64,000 nt of DNA from Camelus dromedarius (lineage: Eukaryota), in the NCBI RefSeq assembly GCF_036321535.1, contig NC_087436.1:101434001-101498000 (forward strand), given 5' to 3'. Of the stretch, positions 54,416 to 64,000 are shown one piece after another. A program made the position numbers and the translations under genes. The notes below the pieces were generated by a model. It searched no databases. It had not been told where the DNA came from and saw only the letters and a list, made by a program, of their open reading frames with translations. The first letter of the stretch is position 1, and each line of letters opens with the position of its first letter.

Positions 54416-55001
54416 GTGCTTTTCTCCTCTTAACTCCAGCTGCTGTGTCTTTCTAGCTCCATGTGGTACTTAGTGTGCACCTCCTTCCCAGCACACATAC
54501 ATTTTCAATATACACATCAGGAGTCATAAGCGGTGAAGTGGATGGAATTGGGGAAGCTGTTGAACTGTCCACAGATATTCTGCTCCATCATAGAATTCTG
54601 AACATTCACTTTGGGCCCACTGTTTGCCCAGACTCCACTGTCCCTGGGTAGACATCAAGCTTCTCAGTCTGTTGAGTCGAATGTAACACTTTTTGTTAGG
54701 TCTCTCATTGAGGCAATATTTGCTATTCTTGTTAATGCTTTTGACCACTGTCCTAGCTTTCCCTGACCCTTTGGTGGAGAAAACCTGCTGCTATATCTTT
54801 GTTCTCCAGTGTCAAACAATGATGATTGATTGGCAGTTATAGAACATCTTTGTACCCAGATTATCGAATCTTCCTCCTGAGTGGTAGATTTACGTCTCTC
54901 CTCTTCAAGAGGGTATTCCTGAGTTAGGAACCGTCATTTCCCCATGGGTCCCAATTGTTGCATTTGTGATTTTAAAAGTTAGGGTCATTCCTGTTCAGCA
55001 A

Positions 55002-55002
<1 letters not shown>

Positions 55003-55042
<40 letters not shown>

Positions 55043-55101
55043 CTATATATATAGAGAGAGAGAGAGAGGGAGAGAGAGAGGGAGGGAGAGAGGGAGAGAG
55101 A
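55003..55101. repeat. Compound (TG)n-(TA)n-(GA)n microsatellite
   Basis: Direct observation. Confidence 0.95.
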
Positions 55102-56139
55102 GTAATATATACATTTCCATTTGGGGAATTGTTCAGAACAAAGAAGCACAGATCTTCTAAGCCTACCCTAAAACTTTATGCCTGAATTTTTATATATTTA
55201 TGCTCTGTTGACTGCAGAGGTTTTTTTTTTTTTTTCTCAGCTGAAAGAAATATTAAGATTTAGACTATATTCCTTGGGTTGCTTGTTTTCTGCCTGTCCA
55301 TCAGAAGTAAGCATTTCATCCAACTATGGTTAACTGATATCTTGATGAACCATTAAGGTTACTGAAGATTTGGCTAATAAGCTTCAAAAAAAGTTCAGAT
55401 TTGTGTGATTCATTCTTGGATTAACTAACTGTTCACTGGATGTAGTAAAATCCCTTAGTTGTAGCAAAAGTTTTAATACAGAATAGGATGAATATTGCAA
55501 CTATGGAAATACTACTATTGTGAAATATTGAGTAGACCTTTAAATTATAAATGCTGTATCTGAAAACCTTATAAGAAATTAATGTCTCTGGAAGGACAAA
55601 AATGACAAATAGTTTTTTAATGATTAGTAGCTAAAATGAAAAATTTAACTTATTGAGTGCTTACTATGTGTCTGGGCCCAAGTCAAAAACTTGACATGCA
55701 TTATCTTTAATTTTTACAAAGTATCTGGAGATATGACTCAAAGTCAGGCTGGTACTTCAGATTGTTCTGATATTTGCTGTTATAAGTTAGTTTAGAGTTA
55801 AGTTGAGAAATAAAGCAGTCGGTGGGGCACGAGGGGGCTAGTATATATCAATATATATCAGTACTCTTCTATGTGGCAGCTCAAGTTAAGAGCTATTAAC
55901 AATGACTTCTCAGGCGAGAAATCTGTTTATCAAAGTGGATGGAATAGGAATCAATGGCAACACTTTACACACACAATGGTCCCTAACCAGTGTTCTGCAC
56001 TAATTGCCCGTCTATACCCTGGGCCTCGGGCAGGAACCCGAAACTGTCAGAGCCTCCTCCTTAAATAAATGAGTTGAACATTTTTTAGGAGCTCCACATA
56101 GTAGCTTCTTGTGGAGGAATGACTGAGCCCTTGACTTAA

Positions 56140-56268
56140 CTTCTTTCTGTCTTTCTTTCTGTCTTTCTTTCTTTCTTTCTTCCTTCCTTTCTTTCTATCT
56201 ATCTATCATCTATCTATGATCTATCATCTATCCACTATCTTTCTTTCTATCCTTTTCCATCATCCATC
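56140..56268. repeat. Compound (CTTT)n/(TCTA)n/(TCCA)n tetranucleotide repeat
   Basis: Direct observation. Confidence 0.9.
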
Positions 56269-57389
56269 TTGATTCAGGGAAACTAAAAATGAAATTTCCT
56301 CTTAAAGCATGTTCATTTGAACAAAAGTTTTACTAAGTATCATCTTCTTGGAGTGTTTTTCTTGTTCTTTCATCAGAAATAGATCTTGCTTTGCATAATC
56401 TATTATACATAAAGTTGTCACATCAGAAGTGAATCAACTGCCCCCATATTGGAACAGCAAAAATACGGTAAAACTAGAAACTAACATATTTGTTGTAGGT
56501 AGCAGTTGTTGCCTGGAATAAGGTTACTTCTGTGTATAAAAATATTTAAGGCTGCTTACTATATATAAAAATATTTTTAAAACTTTGGTTAAGGCCACAT
56601 AAACCTGAATATTACTTTAACAAAAACTCATTTTATATTACCTTGTATCAATTCAGGGAAAATAACATAATTATTATAATTTGTAACTGTCCAAGTGCAT
56701 AACAGAGTTCCATTATTAGAGGGCACACAAGAAAGTTTTGCTACTTATCTCTAAACATTAAGCAAGTTTCAATTCCTTTAAGTCCAATGATATACTGGAT
56801 TAAAATTTTTTTAAATTTTATTTTCAACAAAAATAATACCCAAAGTGATCACATCACACAACTCAACTTTTCTGACTGAACTAGGTAATACAGGAACATT
56901 CAGATATTTGCATACTAAGATTATCCAAGTAAACACAAAGAGCTATAGTTTATTTTTTTCCAAAATACCAAATGTTATTAAAAGCAGGGGAAATGTGTAA
57001 TTTTTCAATAGATCAGATTAATTTCATATTTACATTAATCTGTCAAGTTTATTATTTACCTCATGGGAGAATACTGTTTCTGCTTTATCGGTAATGATGG
57101 TCACACCGAAGATGTTAATTTTTTGTCTAATTTTGGGTAGAGACCTGCAGGGTTGTCTTCTATGATTGTGCAGCTCAGGTGCTACACAAAGGAGCTCAGG
57201 CAAAGGGGTTTCTGGGAGCTACAATTCAGCTGGAATTCTTTTAGCTCAGCTTGGTAGCCTAGTGTGGGAACTGAGCCTTCCCAGAGGGTGTGCTGCTGTT
57301 TCCAATACACACAAAGTTGCCTATGGAAATCAATCTTTTTAAAATAGTAACAGCATTTTGTGTCTTCTTAATCTTGACTTTTTTTTTCA

Positions 57390-58405
57390 AAATCTTCTCT
57401 GTCAATCACCATTTTAGTGAATGAGGCCACATTATACTTTAGTAATTCCAACCAAAACCTGGAGTCACATTTAACAGACACAATCTGTTTATGCCCCTCA
57501 TACAATCTATCAACCAATATTACTGCTTCTGAGTTGTAAAACTCTTGAATTTGACCTTTTTAACTACCCCTGTATCGCTTCACTAGTTCATGTCACCCTC
57601 TTTTCCTGCCTGGAGTGTTGCAGCAACTTTCTGACTGCTCCCCTTTCACACAACGCTTCTCGTTTCAACTCTTGGCCCCACACAGTTTGTCCAGTGTGAC
57701 ATAAGGATTGTGAATTCTTGATGACATCAATTCCCACCAAAACATCCTCATACATGCTAATGGTTTCACAAAGCACATGCACTATGTTCAAAGTCCTTCC
57801 TTTAACTGAAAATACCTTGTGTCATCTGCTTCTGTCTACATTTCTGTTTTTCATCTTCTCCTCTTGACTTCTTTGCTCACTCCACTGCAGCCACACTGAT
57901 CTTCTTGCTACCCTTTGAACTTCTGTGGTACTCACCCACCTCAAGGCCTTACCAATTTTGATGCTAAGCCTTGGACTGTCTTTCCTGAAATATTTACAAT
58001 TTTTGCTCTTCTCATTTCAGACAAGTTTCTGCTTATATGTCAGCTTTTCAGAAGGCTCTCCCCCATGTTTCCGAGCTACACTCACACTCCCAACGCTCTC
58101 CCTCCAGCATGCTTTATTTTGATTATAGCGTCCATTTCCGCTTGACAGTATAGTACCTGTACGGTTATTTATTTCCAGTCTCCTTTGTAACAGTGTAAGC
58201 TCCTCAAGGGCAGAGACTTGGTTTTACATATGATTGTTTGTCCAGTGTGTTTGTGTTGTTAAATCCCCTGCACTGCCTTTCTGGGTACTGCAAAAAACAG
58301 GACACATGGTGTTGTCTTAAGCAGCTTGCAGTAACTCGAGTGTAAGTGAGCGACTGGAATGAATGGTGGAAGAGATTCAGATGTTTTAAATTAGTGAATG
58401 AAAAC
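57390..58405 (+). mobile_element. L2 LINE 3' portion
   Basis: 'cactccactgcagccacactgatcttcttgct', 'tgtaagctcctcaagggcagagact' and terminal 'gtgaatgaa'. Confidence 0.75.
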
Positions 58406-58470
58406 AAGATGATTCTTAAGTGTTGCAGTTAGGATTTTGTTTTATATATGATTGTTTCTATATGACTGTG

Positions 58471-58720
58471 TGTTACACTTGCCAAAATGGTAAATTTAGA
58501 CTTCATTAATTTAGACTGTTGCAATAAGGGAGAGAGATCAGGCTCAATTCCAAATACGGCAAAGACAAGTGGTGATTTATAGCCAAAGAGCAGAGTGAAG
58601 GGGTCAGATGATGGAAAACTTCTAAGAGGAGGCATCAAGGGTAGAGAGCTCTTGCTAAACTGACCTAACAGGATCCTTGCTGAAGAGAGACCAAGACCTT
58701 AGACAGCCTCAGACTGGACA
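58471..58720 (-). mobile_element. MER31-like ERV1 LTR fragment
   Basis: 'ttgcaataaggggagagagatc...gatttatagccaaagagcagagtgaaggggtcag...catcaagggtag'; family assigned from memory. Confidence 0.65.
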
Positions 58721-60381
58721 GAGTCACCTAACCTCCTCATGTGATTTCCAAAAGACTGCTGGTCAAATTATCTTCAGCTGGGAGATTAAATATGACTCAG
58801 GTCTGGGAAATAAAAATGTCTCAGAGCCCTGTAAGCAATGATGAGTCTGCAGATTGATCTGTGATCCAAGTCAGGAATCAAACAGTGACAAAGAAGAAGG
58901 AGAAAGAAGAAGAAATGGAGGAGAATCACAGTCCTGGAAAGAATAAAATATTACTTTGAAATTATTATCATTGTAGGAAGATAAAGAGACCTTATCTGAA
59001 GTAAGAAAGAATGAGGCCAATATAGGGACAGAATCAGAGGAAGAAAGAAAGAAGAGCCAGTAAATATGATGAGAGAGGGAGTGAGTCAGAGAGAGGTTGT
59101 ATACCCAAGCAGATTATTGTTTTGAATTTCTGGACCCAGCAATACCTGAAGTCACCTCTCTCTACCTCTGGACCTCCTGGTGGTGTAAAACCAGTAAATC
59201 TTCCATTTACCTTCATTTGGGGCATGGGGCTTATTTTTGTTACAGTTGACACTTTGGTCATTTGCAACTGAAATATGTAAGATTTAATATTGTGTAATAG
59301 AAATAGAAGCGATGAATTAAGAGTAAGAACATCTGGGTACTAGTCCTAGCTCTGATATTTATTACTTATGTAATCATTGGCAAGTCACTTATTTATTCTG
59401 TGTGTGAGTTTCCTTATCCCATGTGAGGAAGACATCCTACCTTTATACCACACATGATTTGTTGTGGGGTCAAATGCAGTAAAAAAGGTTGAAATGTGAT
59501 GAGGGGCTCTGTTAGACCCAAAGCCAGTGTGCTTTCCTCTGTGCTGCTGAGTGTGTGTGTGTGATTTATCTCTACACAAGGCAAATACTAACAAGGCTAT
59601 CCAATACCTCTACGCTCCTTGTATTTAAAAACCTTCTTGGCTTGGAAACTCTGTCTTTCAGCTCTCTAGTATTCAAAAGTACCATACTATGTAGATAGTC
59701 TTTGTGCAATAAATTCAAGGAAAATAAAGGCCTTTTAGATAAAACGATGATAAATTCTAAGATATTCCTGCCATTGCTGTCTTCTCCTACCATCTAACAG
59801 TCTTACCCCTCCAGATATTAAGAAAGTGAAGCCACAGGTTTTAATAAAAGTAAATATCCTAGGGATAATTTGCTATCACAAAGATCTTATTTTTGAACAG
59901 GCAAAATTTCTTCATTCTTGTGCTTCTCCAAAAATCACCTTGAAAATTATAACTTCCAGATATTTTCACTTTTTTCTCTTTTAAGAGAGAAAAAAACACA
60001 CACAACCTTCTAGATAAGTATATTTTTAAGATTTAGGACAATATGTGCTAGCATTTCTCCCAGGGGACTGTAGCAAGACATATGTGAGGGTAGTAGGCAT
60101 GCTGGAGAGACACGTACCTTTCATAATATTTATTGATGGTTTGTGATATTATGTTAATTAAATATATGCATTAAATTATGGATTCTCCTTTGGGAAATAC
60201 CTTATATCTTCTCTGTGTATTTAATTAATAGGTTCTAATTTAGCATTTTTCCTTCTGTAATTTAATAGTCCATTTTAAACACTGTTTAAATACTTCTTCA
60301 TGGAATAGTATAGCCAGAAGGGAAACCTCATATCTTAGACCTAGAGGAAGTTGTAGGGATTATTTAGGTCACCCCTGATTT

Positions 60382-60706
60382 AAAAAAAAATTTTTATTGA
60401 AGTGTAGTTGATTTATGATGTTAGTTTCAGGTGTATAGCAAAGTGATTCAGTTATACAGATACATACATATATATTTTTTTTTCTTTTCAGATTCCTTTC
60501 CATTATATGTTATTACAAGACATTGAATATAGTCCCCTGTGCTATACAGTAGGTCCATGTTGTTTATCTGTTTTGTATATAGTAACGTGTGTCTGTTAGT
60601 CCCCAACCCCTAATTTATCCCTCTCCACCCTTTCCCCTTTGGTAACCATCGTTTGTTTTCTGTGTCCGTGAGTCTGTTTTTGGTATGTAAATAGAATTTG
60701 TATCAT
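60382..60706 (-). mobile_element. Short L1 3'-UTR insertion inside a MIR
   Basis: TSD TCACC[C/T]CTGATTT at 60369-60381 and 60707-60719; same 3' UTR type as 39647-39961. Confidence 0.9.
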
Positions 60707-62448
60707 TCACCTCTGATTTTTAATTGGGTTGTAACCTAAGTCCCAGAGGGATCTAATGAAATGCTCTTCACTAGTTAATGCTACAGCCATGAGAACTCAA
60801 GTTTTTCCTCCCTCCCTGTCAGTTCCCTTCCCATTAAATAAAATAATTTTAAGAAATGTTGTTTAAAAGATTTCTTAAGATATAGCTCAGGTAAATATTC
60901 TTAGGCCAAGGGTTTGTAGCTCAATGTAGTTTTAGGCTCTGAGGAAAGAAGGGAGGTAATCAAATTGAATAAAAGTCTCAAAGAATAGTATAACTTTTCT
61001 TTCATAAACTTTTCCTATTGTTACTAGGTGTGAGAAAATAAGATTTAATACCTTCTGTGTATGTACATTTGTGGTTATGTGCTGACTCAATTTTTGGCTC
61101 ATTGGTAATGAAATCAATGATATTCCTTTGTTGACAAAATAGGTTTTTTTTTTTCTACTAGATTATTAATCATGATAGTTCAATAAATGTATATGACATT
61201 GAGAGGGTGGAGTAAAAGTAAGAAAGTATCTGTAGATTAAGGAAAAAAGAAACCTAAAGTGTGAACTTAGAGGCATTTTCATGTTTGAGGGATAGTTATG
61301 TTGACCTACTCATATGTACATTTGGAGATATCTATGGGCTACAATTGTATACATTTTCTATTAAATCAGATTTAGAGTTTGGATAGCATACTACTTTCAA
61401 ACAACAATAAAATTAATTCAGTACAGAAAATTGATGATTTATTCTTGGTTTCTCTAACACTCAGAATGCACTAAATATTAGGACCAGAATGGGATTTAAT
61501 CCAGAGAAATATTGTAAGAGTAGGCTCTGAGCTGTATTGTAGACCGTTACATACCAAATTGATCAACCAAGGGTTGACCTCTGACACAATCAGAAAAGTG
61601 AAAAATTAGGAGGCCACCACTGAACCACTGAGTCTGACATACTGTCTTGATGAATCAGGAAGGAGCTGCCGCCCCAGAACTCTACTTAAATGCCAATGAA
61701 GCTGTTGAATGGATTCTAAGAACAAAGCCACAGAACAAAATCACAACCTCACAACTTGATTACAATACCAGCACACCAGCAAACATCAGCAGAAAGATGG
61801 CCTCCTTTCAATCATCCCCTTAAAAAGACTTATATAAGTACATCTAACCGATAGGACCTAATTTACATCCAGTAGGAGCATGGAAATGTTGGAAAAGTAT
61901 TCAGTGTTCTGCTCTTGCAGTGCAGAAAAGCACCCCAACATAGTAGGGGTGGATCCTGCTGTTCAACCTTGCCCAACCCAGCTTACTGCAAAGCCTCCTG
62001 TGCTGCTTGGCCCTGAGGTCTGTTTCTGATTTAGTTTGTCTAAATTACTGATATCCTGCTTAGATGCTTATGTTTTCCCAGACCAGTTCTCCTCCTTATA
62101 TTCAGACCAGTCACTGTCCTAACAGGAACGGATATCTCTCAGAACTACATACACGTGATTTTAAGTTTTCCTGCATTCTACTTTCCAACCCTGATAATAA
62201 GCATTGAACTCTGTTATTGTCCAGTATTTCCCATACCTCAGCCTGCTGCATTTTTGAAGAATGAATTAAGACATCTGCTTCCCCATCTCAGCCATTTATT
62301 TTAAATTAAACTTAATCCAATTAAGGTTTCAGGTAAATACATGTTTTGAACTTTTAGGTGAAAGTACGAAATTACAGATTTCTATATGTATTGTTTGCCT
62401 TGTCCCAAAACTTATTTAGCAAAGTTACAAAACTTGTCTTTAGAATTT

Positions 62449-62820
62449 TGTATTTGTTTTCTAGCATTGCTGTGACAAAATACTATGAACTGAGTGGCTT
62501 AAATGATGGAAATTTATTTTCTCCCAGTTCTGGGGCTGAACGTCCAAGATAAAGGTGTGAGGAGGGCTCCCTCCATGACATAGAGATGACCACCTTCTCA
62601 TTATGTCCTCAATTAGTCTTTCCTCTGTCACACATTCCTGGTGTTTCTTCCTCTTCTTATCTTCTTAGAAGGACACCAATCATATTGGATTAAGGATCCA
62701 CTCTTATGACCTCTTCTAACCTTAATTACCTTTGTGTAGACACTGTCTCCATATACAGCCACATTGGAAGTTAGGGCTTCAATATATAAATTTGGAGGGG
62801 ACACAAGTCAGTTTATAAGA
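62449..62820 (-). mobile_element. MLT1A-like MaLR LTR
   Basis: 'ctgagtggcttaaa...atttattttctcccagttctggggctg', 'ggacaccaatcatattggattaagg' and 'ggggacacaa'. Confidence 0.85.
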
Positions 62821-64000
62821 AATTTATGTGGGATATTTGTGAATAAAGATACAAATAATTATGGATACTTCATTTTAAGTTAAAATACTGTAATTCTGAA
62901 ATAAAACTCATTGAATGCATGATCTACTGTGATACAAGAATGTATTGGATAGATTTTGCGGTATAAGCTGCAATTCTAATATTTAAACCTCCACAAAACT
63001 GTCTGATTATTTTTACTATCACAATCTTTCAAATAAAATATTCACCCAATTGTAAAATTTTGATTTGAATTTAAATAATAGAGCATTTTAACAGCTCAGA
63101 TAAAAATAAGTGGAAATCTCATATTTTTATTTTTATTATTACAGCCTCTCATGTAACCATAACCTAACTGAAAATAATTGTTGGTCTGTTTAGAAGAATC
63201 TTAGATGCAGTTCACCTTTTGTAACTACTGATATAAATCAAACATTTCCTATTGAATTACTGATAATATTCTGAATCAAATATTTATTTGGATTCATTTT
63301 ACCAACAATAATTTTTATTGTTTTCTTCAGCTACTGTTTTCCTCTGTCAAATATATCTATTAATAATACGGCTTTTAGCCAATGATTAAGATTTAGCCAT
63401 GTTGGAAATATGGATTTCTTTGTCGAAACATTAGAAAAGGAGCTGAAACATTACAAAAGGAGCTGATTTAAAATGAAGCTTTGGTCTGATACTGTGCCCT
63501 TTTGCTAACAGTTCTGGATTACAAAGTGTTCTATTCAAAAGTAAGTGGTAGAGCCTTGTTGCTGTCACAAGCACTGTGACTGAGTAAGTAACACAGTGTG
63601 GTCATTTATTTATATTTATTTTTTAAGAGTTTAGGAAAGTTTAATAGGTACACTGCTATAGGCCACATAGGCGAGAGGTGCCTGGGTGAGCACCAAGGGT
63701 CTTTTATTGTGGGGAGGAGGCTGTGCACACAAGGAGTAGGGGCCGCATGATCAATTCCTGCACAGGTACCTGACTAGTTTAAGACCTGTCACAGTGTAGT
63801 AATTTAGACTGGTAAAATAAAGTGAGAAAATATCCAGGTTATCCTCTCTTGCCTATAGTAGTAAAAAAGTTGAATTACCGTATGACAACTAAAGATGTGT
63901 TACTTGCTCCCTGTGACTGAATCCATCTGGTTCTGACCTTTCTTCTCTCTTCTCACCAGACCCACAACACATCCTTTTAACATACTCACTTGCCAAACTT

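Noticed and set aside
674..62552. Remaining 60-130 aa ORFs in the track
   Set aside because: Many start at non-ATG codons, overlap repeats and show no domain or exon structure; their lengths are consistent with chance

Overview
AT-rich, CpG-depleted mammalian non-coding DNA (intergenic or deep intronic), most likely from a camelid: it carries a Vic-1-like tRNA-derived SINE and artiodactyl-type L1 3' ends. I found no host protein-coding gene, RNA gene or CRISPR array. The only ORFs with recognisable products come from LINE-1 ORF2. Much of the window is interspersed repeat: one young 5'-truncated L1 with a perfect 19-bp TSD and a nearly intact ORF2, several older L1s, ERV1/ERVL solo LTRs, a two-LTR MaLR relic with a nested young LTR, L2, MIR and CR1 fragments, and DNA-transposon fossils. 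I cannot support a genuinely new biological system. The best leads are: (i) two complementary, same-strand halves of a MER5A1-like element 3.2 kb apart; (ii) a well-formed 67-nt candidate exon with a perfect TACTAAC branch point inside that interval; (iii) a young L1 with a YADD catalytic motif and in-frame deletions; (iv) faint RTE-endonuclease and pogo/Tigger transposase fossils. Repeat family names were recognised by eye from remembered consensus motifs, and boundaries of old repeats are approximate.
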